In this document: positions 39,668 to 52,178 of the stretch, in pieces
Layout: the number at the start of each line of letters is the position of its first letter
Numbering within the stretch: position 1 is the stretch's first letter
Origin: Mobula hypostoma
Taxonomy: Eukaryota
DNA: 64,000 nucleotides
Reading direction: 5' to 3'
Assembly (NCBI RefSeq): GCF_963921235.1
Contig: NC_086098.1
Span: 3,286,001-3,350,000, forward strand
Made by a program: the position numbers and the translations under genes
The notes under the pieces: model-generated
The model's input: only the letters and a program-made list of their open reading frames with translations
What the model was told of the DNA's origin: nothing
Database searches by the model: none

Positions 39668-39985
39668 ACTTTTTCCACTGAGGCAAGGGGAGAAAAAAAC
39701 CAGAGGACATGGGTTAAGGGTGAGGGGGGGAAAGTTTAAAGGGAACATTAGGGGGGGCTTCTTCACACAGAGAGTGGTGGGAGTATGGAATGAGCTGCCA
39801 GACGAGGTGGTAAATGCGGGTTCTTTTTTAACATTTAAGAATAAATTGGACAGATACATGGATGGGAGGTGTATGGAGGGATATGGTCCGTGTGCAGGTC
39901 AGTGGGACTAGGCAGAAAATGGTTCGGCACAGCCAAGAAGGGCCAAAGGGCCTGTTTCTGTGCTGTAGTTTCTATGGTTCTATGG
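39668..39985 (+). mobile_element. Young CR1 3' end, near-identical to 4386-4704
   Basis: Direct sequence match including (TTCTATGG)n tail. Confidence 0.95.
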
Positions 39986-39987
39986 TT

Positions 39988-40187
39988 AACATAGAACATA
40001 GAATAGTACAGCACAGTATAGGCCCTTCGGCCCACAATGTTGTGCCGACCCTCAAACCCTGCCTCCCATATAAGCCCCCACCTTAAATTCCTCCATATAC
40101 CTGTCTAGTAGTCTCTTAAACTTCACTAGTGTATCTGCCTCCACCATTGACTCAGGCAGTGCGTTCCATGCACCAACCACTCTCTGA
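39988..40187 (-). mobile_element. Young CR1 3' end (subfamily of 14630-15790 and 40796-41690)
   Basis: Direct sequence match to 40802-40998. Confidence 0.92.
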
Positions 40188-40795
40188 GTCCTCTTGAAAT
40201 AAATGCTAACATTGCATTTGCCTTCCTCACCACCGACTCAACCTGCAAATTAACCTTCAGGGAATCCTGCACGAGGATTCCCAAGTCCCTTTGCATCTCA
40301 GATTTTTGAACATTCTCGGTAATGCTGATGACATCATCTCTTGCGCACTGTAGTAAATCAGGGCAGGAGGTGCCCAATCAATTCCCTGCTTTAAAAATTA
40401 GTTTCACTTGTCACAAGAACATTGATGGATGGAACTTCAACAGGCAATGGGCACAGATTCCTCAAATCATGCAAAATCACACTCATGTACAATTTACATG
40501 TACAAAAATTAAATCAGACAAAACTGCATGTATTTATCAGCTATAACTTATCTACTTATGTGTGTTGGACTGAATGGTTCAGAGCTTGGATTCTAGATTT
40601 CTTCTTTTGCAGTTATGGCTCTCTTTCAAGGATATTTCATTGATCAGACAATTCAGTGGCAAAAACACACATTTCAGTAAAAACAAAAACACTGCACACC
40701 AAAGGAGCAGAATTAGGCCATTCAGCCCATCGAGTCTGCTCCACCATTCCGTCACGGCTGATTTATTATCCCTCTCAACCCCATTCTCCCGCCTT

Positions 40796-41690
40796 AGAAT
40801 ATAGAACATAGAATAGTACAGCACAGTACAGGCCCTTCGGCCCACAATGTTGTGCCGACCCTCAAACCCTGCCTCCCATATAAGCCCCCACCTTAGATTC
40901 CTCCATATACCTGTCTAGTAGTCTTTTAAACTTCACGAGTGTATCTGTCTCCACCACTGACTCAGGCAGTGCATTCCACACACCAACCACTCTCTGAGTA
41001 AAAAACCTTCCTCTAATATCCCCCTTGAACTTCCCACCCCTTACCTTAAAGCCATGTCCTCTTGTATTGAGCAGTGGTGCCCTGGGGAAGAGGCACTGGC
41101 TATCCACTCTATCTATTCCTCTTATTATCTTGTACACCTCTATCATGTCTCTTCTCATCCTCCTTCTCTCCAAAGAATAAAGCCCTAGCTCCCTTAATCT
41201 CTGATCATAATGCATACTTTCTAAACCAGGCAGCATCCTGGTAAATCTCCTCTGTACCCTTTCCAATGCTTTCACATCCTTCCTATAGTGAGGTGACCAG
41301 AACTGGACACAGTGCTCCAAGTGTGGCCTAACCAGAGTTTTATAGGCATCATTACTTCGCGACTCTTAAACTCTATCCCTCGACTTATGAAAGCTAACAC
41401 CCCATAGGCTTTCTTAACTACCCTATCCACCTGTGAGGCAACTTTCAGGGATCTGTGGACATGTACCCCGAGATCCCTCTGCTCCTCCACACTACCAAGT
41501 ATCCTGCCACTTACTTTGTACTCTGCCTTGGAGTTTGTCCTTCCAAAGTGTACCACCTCACACTTCTCCGGGTTGAACTCCATCTGCCACTTCTCAGCCC
41601 ACTTCTGCATCTATCAATGTCTCTCTGCAATCTTTGACAATCCTCTACACTATCTACAACACCACCAACCTTTGTGTCATCTGCAAACTT
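40796..41690 (-). mobile_element. Young CR1, 5'-truncated
   Basis: ORFs 41272..41610 and 40862..41320. Confidence 0.95.
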
Positions 41691-41931
41691 TGTGCCTTCT
41701 CTCAGTAATTTTTGATGCCCGAACTAATAAAGAACGTATCAGCCTCTGCTTTAAACACTGTAGTCATAAAAATATTCCAGGAGGATATTTACTTAAACAT
41801 ATGGCATTATTTAAAGTAAAACCTTGCATCGTTTCTCTTTTGAAATTGTTGAAACTGAGCAAACACAAGGTAATTCTGTATGGTGACCAGCGGTCTTGAT
41901 GCATACTTTAACTTGAATGTTAATTTTCAGA

Positions 41932-42048
41932 GGAAGATTTGTAGATCCACCACGATTCTCAACACAGAACGGAAGATTTGTAGATCCAAAACGATTCTCT
42001 ACACAGAACGGAAGGTTTGTAGATCCTCCACAATTCTCTACACAGAAC
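41932..42048. repeat. 39-bp tandem repeat, 3 copies
   Basis: ggaagatttgtagatcc...cacagaac at 41932, 41971 and 42010. Confidence 0.92.
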
Positions 42049-42099
42049 ACTGCTGCCGATCTGGAGCTGCTGAGTACTGACTGAGCTTACTTTTGATCT

Positions 42100-42375
42100 A
42101 AAGATTAGCTTCATTTGTCATTTGTACATCAAAAAATACAGTGTTTGTGCCAAAGGAGGACCCGCTGGGGGCAGCCCACAAGTGTTACCATGCTTCTGGA
42201 GGCAACATATTATGCTCAGAACTTACTAACCCTAACTCGTCTTTGAAATGTGGAAGGAAACCCATATGAACGCAAGGGAGATCTTTAAAGTTTCCTTTTT
42301 GCCGGCAGTGAGAATTGAACCCGATCTTGCAGCTGCCACCGTAGAGCGTTATTCTAACCACTAGACTACCTCGCC
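42100..42375 (-). mobile_element. V-SINE with Rex1-type tail (family of 56358-56672)
   Basis: tRNA-like head at right; ggctgcccccagc body; tgacaaatgaagctaatct tail. Confidence 0.65.
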
Positions 42376-43289
42376 ACAGATAGACTAGGACAATGGAGAT
42401 CTCACCATCTTACCATCTGATTTCTGCCCCTCTTCCCTCAACACCATCATGCCCCCTTTTTGTTTTTCATGTGAAATATCTGTCTGATTTCTATTAAAAT
42501 TATAAATAAGGGTCAGATATAATCAGCCCAGACCAAAGGAATATTCGTTACCCAGAACACCAGGTGGCCAATTTCATATCAGCTTTATTGGAGACAATAA
42601 TTGAATCAATGAGTCAGTGCTGCCTTCACAATTCATAATTCTGAATTTGAGAACAGTTTGGGCTTCGGGAGCTCTGCACAGGAACTACAGCACAAACTCA
42701 GTTGGGTCAGAAATATGGCTGGGCTCACTGTCATAATGGATTACATGAATTAATTTCCTGTTTTCAGATCTATCAAAGTTGAAGCGCATTTAATGCTGAA
42801 AAGGATAAAGTTTCCTTGACACATACATTTACACGTATTAGGAATTTACTGTGGTGCGGAGGTTGACAGGTTTGCAGTTGTCAAGGATGTCAAAGGTCAT
42901 GGGGTGAAGGCAGGTGAATGGGGCTGAGAGGGATCATACATCAGCCTTGATTAACTGGTAGAGTAGACTCAATGGGCCAAATGGCCTATTTCTGCTCCCA
43001 TGTCTTGTGGTCCAATGGATGTGCAAGAAAAAATAACAGCATTCAACAATTATCAAGAATAAATTTTTTAAAATAATTATATGTATTAAAACTATAAAGT
43101 TAGAAGTTAGGCTGTAGAATAAAATGTGCATTAATAAATAAATACCAGCATGTATTTACAATGTAAACAGCATTATAAAAAGTGGTTTAAAGTTTTTAAA
43201 GTGCAGTGCAGTGCAGTGACAGTTTTTGTTTTAATGTGCTTTTCAGAAGGGGTCTTTTGGAAAAGGCAGTTTGTAGGCTGGGTCGTGTC

Positions 43290-45053
43290 ATGATAATGGG
43301 TGATAAGGAAGTGGCTGAGGCATTGAACAACTATTTTGTGTCGGTCTTCACGGTGGAGGACACGTTTAATACGCCAAAGAGGGATGTTATGGACGAAATG
43401 GGAGGTGAGGACCTCGATAAAATGACAGTCACTAAAGAGATAGTGATGAGAAAACTAGAGGGTCTGAAGGTAGATAAGTCCCCTGGTCCTGATGGGATGC
43501 ATCCCAGGGTTCTGAAGGAATTGGCGGAGGTAATAGTAGACGCGTTGGTAATCATTTATCAAAACTCTCCAGACTCTGGGCAGGTCCCAGCGATTGGAAG
43601 ACAGCAAATGTCACGCCACTTTTTAAAAAAAGGACGTAGGCAAAAGACGGGCACCTATAGGCCAGTTAGCTTGACATCTGTAGTTGGGAAAATGCTTGAA
43701 GCTGTCATTAAGGAAGAAATGGCAAAACATTTAGAAAGGAGTGGTTCCATTAGACAGATGCAGCATGGATTCAGAAAGGGCAGGTCCTGTTTGACAAACT
43801 TACTGGAGTACTTCGAGGACATAATGAGTGCAGTGGATAGAGGGGAAACGGGTGGATGTCGTATACTTGGATTTCCAGAAGGCGTTTGATAAGGTGCCGC
43901 ACAAGAGACTTATAAATAAGATACAGATGCATGGAGTCGGCGGAAGTGTATTGGCATGGATAGTGGATTGGTTAACCGATAGAAGGCAGAGAGTTGGTAT
44001 AAATGGGTGTTTCTCCGGTTGGCAGTCAGTGGTGAGTGGGATGCCGCAGGGGTCGGTGCTGGGCCCACAGCTGTTTACCATTTACATTGATGATTTGGAA
44101 GAGGGGACTGAGTGTAGCATAGCAAAATTTGCTGATGACACTAAACTGAGTGGAAAAGCAAATTGTACAGAGGATGTGGAGAGTCTGCAGAGGGATATAG
44201 ATAGGTTAAGTGAGCGGGTCAAGGTCTGGCAGATGGAATACAACGTTGGTAAATGTGAGATCATCCACTTTGGAAGGAATAATAGAAGAGCAGATTATTA
44301 TTTAAATGGTGAAAGACTGCAGCATTCTGTTGTGCAGAGGGACTTGGGAGTGCTTGTTCATGAATCACAAAAAGTTGGCTTGCAGATACAACAGGTTGTT
44401 AAGAAGGCAAATGGAATGTCGGCCTTCATTGCTAGAGGGATTGAATTCAAGAGCAGGGAGGTCATGCTGCAACTATACAGGGTACTGGTGAGGCCGCACC
44501 TGGAGTACTGTGTGCAGCTCTGGTCTCCATACTTGAGGAAGGATATACTGGCTTTGGAGACTGTGTAGAGGAGATTCACCAGGTTGATTCCAGGGATGAA
44601 GGGGTTAACCTATGAGGAGAGATTGAGTCACCTGGGACTCATTCTCATTCAGAAGAATGAGAAGGGATGTCATAGAAACACATAAAATTTTGAAAGGGGT
44701 AGATAAGATAGAAGTAGGAAAGTTGTTTCCATTGGTAGGTGAGACTAGAACTAGGGGACATTGCCTCAAGATTCAGGGGAGATTTAGACGGAGATCAGGA
44801 GAAATTGTTTTCCCCAGAGAGTGGTGAATCTGTGGAATTCTCTGCCCAGGGTAGCAGCTGAGGCTTCCTCACTAAATAGATTTAAGATACAGTTATATAG
44901 ATTTTTACATGGTAAGTGAATTAAGTGTTATGGGGAAAAGGCAGGTAGATGGAGCTGAGTTTACGGACAGATCAGCCATGATCTTATTGAATGGTGCGGC
45001 AGGCTCGATGGGCCAGATGGCCTACTCCTGTTCCTATTTCTTACGTTCTTATG
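43290..45053 (+). mobile_element. Fairly young CR1, 5'-truncated, RT domain with frameshifts
   Basis: ORFs 43206..43889 (KSPGPDGMHPRVLKE, YRPVSLTS, QHGFRKGRSC) and 43828..44568 ([23 protein letters not shown]). Confidence 0.95.
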
Positions 45054-45370
45054 TGTGAGGTGTTGCACTTTGGGAGGAAAAACTAGGGTCAGATTACACA
45101 CTGAACGGTAAGGCCCTGAGAAGTACAGTGGAAGAAAGGAATTGGGAATACAGATCCATAATTCCTTGAAAATGATGTCACAGGTAGACAGAGTCATAAA
45201 GCTTTTGGCAAAATGGCCTTCATAAATCAGAGTATTGAGTATTGAAATGAATTGACTTTATTACTTACATCCTTCATATACATGATTAAATATGCAATGT
45301 GCAATTTATAGTATGTATAACAGGACAGTCAATATAACATAGAAATACAGTTGTGTTAGCATGAATTGTG

Positions 45371-45507
45371 TTGGCGCGTGGCCAAGTGGTTAAGGCGTTT
45401 GTCTAGTGATCTGAAGGTCGCTAGTTTGACCCTTGGCTGAAGCAGCGTGTATGTCCTTGAGCAAGGCTCTTAACCACACATTGCTCTGCGACGACTCTGG
45501 TGCCAAG
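45371..45507 (+). mobile_element. tRNA-derived SINE, 3'-truncated
   Basis: ggcgcgtggccaagtggttaagg head; matches 57702. Confidence 0.8.
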
Positions 45508-46536
45508 CCTCACCAGTGCTTTATAAAATCTCAACATTACATCTTTGCTTTTATATTCTAGCCTCTTGAAATGAATGCTATCATCACATTTGTCTCCCTC
45601 CCCACAGACTCAACCTGCAAATTAACCTTTAGGGAATCCTGCACAAGGACCCCCAAATCCCTTTCTCCTAATCTAAGTCCTTCTGTAGCCTCTCTACTTC
45701 CTCAAAACTACTTCTCTTCCACCTATCATCTGCAAACTTAGCAACAAAGGCATCAATTTCATCATCCAAATCATTGACAAACAATATGAAAAGCAGTCCA
45801 AACACTGACACCTGTGGGACACCACAAGCCACTAGCAGCCAGCCAGAAAAAAGCTCCCTTTACTCCCACTCTTTGCCTCTTGCCAGTCAGCCACTTCTTT
45901 ACCCATGCTAGAATATTCCCTGTAATACCGTGGGCTCGTAGCTTGTTAAGCAGCCTCAAGTGTGGCACCTTGTCAAAGGCCATCAGAAAATCCAAATACC
46001 CAACATCAACTGATTCTCCTTTGTCCATCCTGCTTCTTATTTCCTCAAGTTCCAACAGATTTGTCAGGTAAGATTTTCCCTTGAGGAAACTTTGGCCTAT
46101 TTTATCATGTGCTTCAAAGTACTAAGACCTCATCCTTAACAGTTGACTCCAAGATCTTCTCAACCACTGTGGTCATCTTAACTGGACTATAGTTTCCTTT
46201 CTTCTGCCTCTCTCCCTTCTTGAAGAGTGGATTGTCATTTGTAATTTTTGAGACTTCTGAAACTATTCCAGAATCAAGTGATTCCTGATAGATCATTAAT
46301 AATGCCTCTATAATCCCTTCAGCCACCTTTTTCAGAACTCTGTGGTGTACACCACCTAGTCCAGGTGACTTATCTACATTCCAAACTTTCAGTTTGCCAA
46401 GAGCCTTCTGTTCAGTTATGGTAACTTCGCACACTTCATGCCCCTTGACACCAGAACTTCCATAATACTACTACTGTCTTCCACCATGAAGACTGATGCA
46501 AAATACTTATTCAGCTCGTCTGCCATTTCTTTGTCC

Positions 46537-47388
46537 CTCGCCTCTACCCCTCTGACCCGCAACACAAGTGCCCCTCAGGGATGTGTTCTAAGCCCCCTCC
46601 TTTACTGTTTGTACACTCATGACTGTGTTGCCACCCACAGCTCCAATCTGCTAATTAAATTTGCTGACGACATTACACTGCTAATCTTAATAATGAAGCA
46701 GCCTACAGAGAAGAAGTCATCAGCCTAACAGAATGGTGTTAAGAAAACACCCTTCCTTCAGTCACAAAAACAAAGAATTGAATGGAATTGAATTGAATTG
46801 AATTGACTTCATTACTTACATCTTTCATATACATGAGGAGTAAAAGTTTTACGTTACCTCTCTATTCAAATGTGCAATGTGCAATTATAGTAATTTATAT
46901 TAATATTATATACAACAGGATAGTCAATGCAACATAGAAATACATTGCTTCAGCATGAATTAAGAAGTCTGATGGCCTGGTGGAAGAAGCTGTCCCGGAA
47001 CCTGTTGATCCTGGCTTTTATGCTGCGGTACCATTTCCTGGATGGCATCAGCTGACTGGCTGCATCACTGCCTGGTATGGGAACTGTAGTTCCCTCAATC
47101 ACAGGACTCTGCAGAGAGTGGTGTGGACAGCCCAATGCATCTGTATTTGTGAACTTCCCATGATTCAGGACATTTACAAAGGCAGGTATGTATAAAGGGC
47201 CTAAAGGACCATTAGGGACCTGAGTCACTCCAACCAGAAACTGTTCCAGCCGCTACCATCTGGGAAGCAGTACCGCAGCATAAAGCCAGAACCAACAGGC
47301 TCTGGGACAGCTTCTTCCACCAGGTCATCAGGATGCCTAATTGTTGCTAACACAACTGTATTTCTATGTTATATTGACTGTTTTGTTA
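46537..47388 (+). mobile_element. Rex1/Babar fragment containing an oppositely oriented 3' end of the same family (46778-47048)
   Basis: [22 protein letters not shown]-like and LTGCITAWYGN motifs; (AATTG)n tail of the inner copy. Confidence 0.8.
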
Positions 47389-47436
47389 AACTTCCCACTA
47401 ATTTTTGCCCTATTGTATGCCCTCTCTTTGGCTTTT

Positions 47437-49404
47437 TTTTAAATATAATTTTTACGAGTTTTCAAAGTGATACATGAGAAAAAAAATATCTACCCTCCCC
47501 CCTCCCCTTAACCCTCCCCCCCGATATATACTCCTACCTAAAAAGAAAAGGAAAAAAAAAGAACCAACCGCCTGAATATTGGAAGGTTTGCACATGCTCC
47601 ATGGGATAAAAATAAATTTAATATATATTTGTTACTTTCCCCCAAGGAACCAAGATCTTCATCATCGGAGCTATAAATAAGGGCTCCAAATATTCAAAAA
47701 TGTTACATATTTATCTCTTAGATTCTAAAACATTACTTAGCTTCTCAACTCTCATAGTTCCCTGGGGAATCTCTTTGAACTTCACCATGCAAAAGAAAAA
47801 AAAGATAGATAAGATACAAAAAAAAGAAAAAACAAAATACCCCCCCACTAATGTTGTGAATGAAAGATACACAACACTACCCCCCTCCATTGTGCAGGTC
47901 GTGGCGGTTACCACGCTTGCACACATGAATAACGTAGCGATTGGTCAGTGTTTCTTCCAGCTCCCCCGTAACAAAAAATTATATATAGAAAAAAAAATTA
48001 ATGTTATTATTCCCAGCTAATATTCCTCAAATTTTAACCTTTCTTCCCCTCCCTCATATAATTAATAACATATTTATATATTCATCCGCCTAAAAATTCA
48101 ACAGGCCTAATCCTTGATCCAGTCTTCATCTTCAATCCATCTCGCTCCCCTAAGTTTGTTCTTGTATCTGGTGAATATTCAAAGAATCTCGCACAAACTC
48201 CTCCGCTTTCCGGTAATGGTCAAAAAATCTTTTTTCTCCACCAGACAAAAAAATCTTCAAGGTTGCAGGATAACACAATATAAATTGATAACCATGATCC
48301 CATAGGGCTTTTTTCACTGGATTAAACTTCTTCCTTCTTTTCAAAAGTTCATAACTTATGTCAGGCTAGAAAAAAATTTTCTTCCCTTCTATCATCAGTG
48401 GCCCTTTTCTCTTCTTGGCAGCTTGGGCAGCCGCCTGTAGAGTCCTTTCTTTGTCTTGAAATCTTAAGAATTTTATTAAAATTGATCGTGGATATTGGTC
48501 ATCTTGTGGTTTTGGTCTTAGAGCTCTATGTACCCGCTCAATTTCAATTGATCGGTCTTCCTCTTTCATTTGCAAGGTTTTCGGGATCCATCTTTGAAAA
48601 AATTCTATTGGATTATCTCCCTCTATACCTTCTTTAAGACCAACAATTTTAATGTTATTACGTCTACTAAAATTTTCCAACACGTCCACTTTCTCCAAGA
48701 GTCGATTTCTTTCCGTGTTCCAGACAAGCACATTATTTTCCTGTTTTTTCCACTCTATCGTTAATATGCTCCATTGTTCTTTCCATCTTTTGGTTTCTTA
48801 TCCATTTTATCCTGTCTTTTCATAGCTTTATCATAGCACATCTTCACGTCTCTAAGCTCTGTTCTTAATTTTCTTAGTTCAGCCGTTAATTGCAATAAAG
48901 CCTCTCTTATGTCTCCATCGTCTCCTTTACTTCCAGTCTCTTCCAGTCCTCCTCTTCTTCATCTGTATTCTCTGCGGTATCCGATTCTGACTCTGAGTCA
49001 CTTTCAGTTGCAGTGGCTGTCGGTTCTTGTAGTTTAAATTGTGTCGATTTGCGCATGCGCAATTCCGGCATCTTCTTCCGACAGACCGCTACCGCCGCCA
49101 TTGCTCCCCGTTCTTCTACGCCAGAGATAAAATGCATCTCCTCTGAAGGAGATCCAACCTGAATCCGAGGCTCCATCGCTGCAGTAGGGCCTTTTTTCTT
49201 CCCATCTCGCGGCGACTTCACAACAACAGACTTCTTCTGTTGCGGTTTACGAGGCATATCGTAGAGTAGTCTTACGAAGTTTATAAGTAGTTTTCGGAAA
49301 GTATTTATTAACTTTACTTTGTTTAAACGGTACTTTGCTGATTTTTTAAGGGAGAGTTGGATTTACACGTCTCAATCCTACGTCATCACGTGACGCTCCC
49401 CCCC
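47437..49404 (-). mobile_element. L1-clade element with intact ends and ORF1 but almost no ORF2 (HAL1-like)
   Basis: TSD CTTTGGCTTTT at 47426-47436 and 49405-49415; G-run 5' end; poly(A); L1 ORF1p motifs. Confidence 0.85.
48150..49257 (-). pseudogene. L1 ORF1p (coiled coil, RRM, CTD), disrupted by frameshifts and stops
   Basis: LENFSRRNNIKIVGLKEG, IEIERVHRAL, PRSILIKFLRFQDKE, IFF*PDIS.ELLKRRK.F, YPATLKI; pieces 48907..49257, 48366..48731 and 48150..48344. Confidence 0.9.
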
Positions 49405-51765
49405 CTTTGGCTTTTATGTTGGATTTGACTTCTCTTGTTAGCCACGATTGTGTCACATTTCCTTTAGAATACCTCTTCCTCTTTGGGATGTAGATATCCT
49501 TTGCCTTCTGAATTGTTTCCAGAAATTCCAGCCATTGCTGCTCTGCCATCATTCCTGCCAGTGTTCTTTGCTAATGAATTCCGGCCAACTCCTCTCTCAT
49601 GCCTCTATAATTCCCTTTACTCCACTGTAATATTGATACATCTCACTTCAGCTTCTCCTTCTCAAATTTCAGGGTGAATTCAATCATCTTATAATCACTT
49701 GCCCCTAAGGGTGATTTTACTTTAAGCTCTCTAATCAATTCTGGTTCATTGCACAACACTAAATCCAGAATAGTGGGCTCAACCAAGAGCTGCTCTAATA
49801 AGCCATATTTTTGGCACTCTAGAAATTCCCCTCCTTCAATCAAGCACCAACCTGATTTTTCCAATCTACCTGCATATTGAAGTCCCCCAGAACTATCACA
49901 ACATTGCCGTTTGGCATACATTCTCCATCTCCTGTTGTAATTTGTAGACCACATCCTTACTACTGTCTGGATACAACTCCCATCAGGGTCTTTTTATCCT
50001 TGCAGTTCCTTAGCTCTATCCACAGCGATTCAACACCTTCCAAACCTATGTCACCTCCTTGATTTCATTTTTTACCAACAAAACAATGCACCCCTCTGCC
50101 TTCCTGTCTGTACTTTCGACACAATGTGTATCATTTGACATTAAGCTCCCAGATGTCAACTTCCTTCAGCCATGATTCAGTGATGCCAACAACATCATAC
50201 CTGCCAATCTGCAACAGTGCTACAAGTTCATCTACCTAATTCTGTCTACTGCACACATTTAAATACAACACCTTCAGTTCTGTATTCACCCTTTTCAATT
50301 TTGTCACTTCTTACATTACAACTCATCCTGTTGATTGCAATTTTGCCCCATCAATAGCCTCTCCTCACTACACATTGCCTCTGTTTGTAAACCAGCTACC
50401 TCATCTTCAGCACTATCGTTCGCCTTTCCTACAATGCTTCTTACATTGAAATATACGCAGCTCAGGATATTAGTCACACCATGCTCAACCTTCTGATTCC
50501 TAACTTTGCCTGAGGTCTTACCAATATCTACCTCTACAACCTCTCTACTAACTGCTCTGGCACTCCAGTTCCCATCCCCCAGAATTCTAGATAAACCCCA
50601 CTGTGCAGCATTAACAAACCTTCCTGCTAGGACATTAGTCCCCCTCCAGTTCAGGTGCAAGCTGTCCTTTCTGTACAGGTTCCACTTTTCCTGGGAGGGA
50701 GCCCAAACATGCAAAAATCTTACACCAACTCCTTAGCCACATATTAAGCTTTATAATCTTCCTAGCTCTGGCCTCACTAGCACGCGGCAAGGGTAGCAAT
50801 CCTGAGATCACAACCCTGGAGGTCCTGCCCTTTAACTTAATACTTAACTCCCTGAACCCCCTATGCAGAACTCACCACTCATCCTACCCATGTCATCGGT
50901 ACCTACATAGACCATGACTTCTGACTGTTCACCCTCCCACTTAAGAACGCTGAGGGCTCTGTCCAAGATATCCTGGACCCTGGCACCCGGGAGGCAACAT
51001 AGCATTCAGGAATCTCGTTCTCACCCACAGAACTTCCTGTCTGTACCCCGATCACCACAGCGTGCCTCTTTTCCCCCTTCCCTTGTGAATCACAGAGACT
51101 TGCCCACTGCAGCTTTCCTCTGTTGGGTCATTACCCCCACCTGACATCATCCAAATTTATACCTCTTCTTAAGGAAGATGGCCACAGGGGTTCTGTACAC
51201 TGGCCCCTTAACCCCTTTCCTCTTCCTGACTGTCACCCAGTTTCCTGTGTCCTGCACCTTGGATGTAACTACCTCTCTGTATCTATCACCCTTTAGCCTC
51301 CCCGATAATCTGGAGTCCATCCAGTTCCAACTGCAAATTCCTTAACGCGGTTTGTTAGAAGCTGCAGCTGGATACACTTCTCACAATTGTAGCCATCAGG
51401 GGTTATGGAGGTCTCCATCTCTTCCCACCTCCTGAAGAAGAGCATTCCACTATCCTACTTGTCATCCCACTGTCTTAACTGAGCTTTTCTTTGCTTTCTC
51501 TGTGTGAAACCTCTCTTCGCAAAAGCCTTGAAGAGCTAAAGCCTTAAGATCACCACGCTATGTCCACTCAGATGATGGTCATTGAGCCTGCCACTGCTTT
51601 CCTTTAATTTGTTCTTGCTAATCAATCCGAAATGATGATAGGTTGCTGGTCAAAGCTCTATTGCACTGCCGTAACCCGCTCCAGCCCTTTAATCTTGAAC
51701 AATGGACCTGATTGAAGTCCCCTCTTCTCCAAGCTTCTGATGTCTGGATTGGCTGCTAGTCAAAC

Positions 51766-52178
51766 CTCTCCCTGACTGTTTCACATGCTACTAAACGTGC
51801 TGTGGAAACTCTCCCTGACTGTTTCACATGCTACTAAACGTGCTGTGGAAACTCTCCCTGACTGTTTCACATGCTACTAAACGTGCTGTGGAAACTCTCC
51901 CTGACTGTTTCACATGCTACTAAACGTGCTGTGGAAACTCTCCCTGACTGTTTCACATGCTACTAAACGTGCTGTGGAAACTCTCCCTGACTGTTTCACA
52001 TGCTACTAAACGTGCTGTGGAAACTCTCCCTGACTGTTTCACATGCTACTAAACGTGCTGTGGAAACTCTCCCTGACTGTTTCACATGCTACTAAACGTG
52101 CTGTGGAAACTCTCCCTGACTGTTTCACATGCTACTAAACGTGCTGTGGAAACTCTCCCTGACTGTTTCACATGCTAC
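51766..52178. repeat. Perfect 43-bp minisatellite, 9.6 copies
   Basis: CTCTCCCTGACTGTTTCACATGCTACTAAACGTGCTGTGGAAA repeated with no visible variants. Confidence 0.98.

Larger units (their letters stand above)
45507..51765 (-). mobile_element. Decayed long CR1 (5'UTR, ORF1 Zn-finger/esterase, ORF2 endonuclease and RT), split by Rex1 and L1 insertions
   Basis: YNCEKCIQLQLL near 51370; DSLHLNWRG; YDVVGITESWL; ORFs 49643..49954, 46114..46434 and 45771..46055. Confidence 0.85.

Noticed and set aside
51766..52178. CRISPR-like array (also considered for 53784-54425 and 17660-18338)
   Set aside because: Head-to-tail repeats with no unique spacers, no cas genes, and a vertebrate context.
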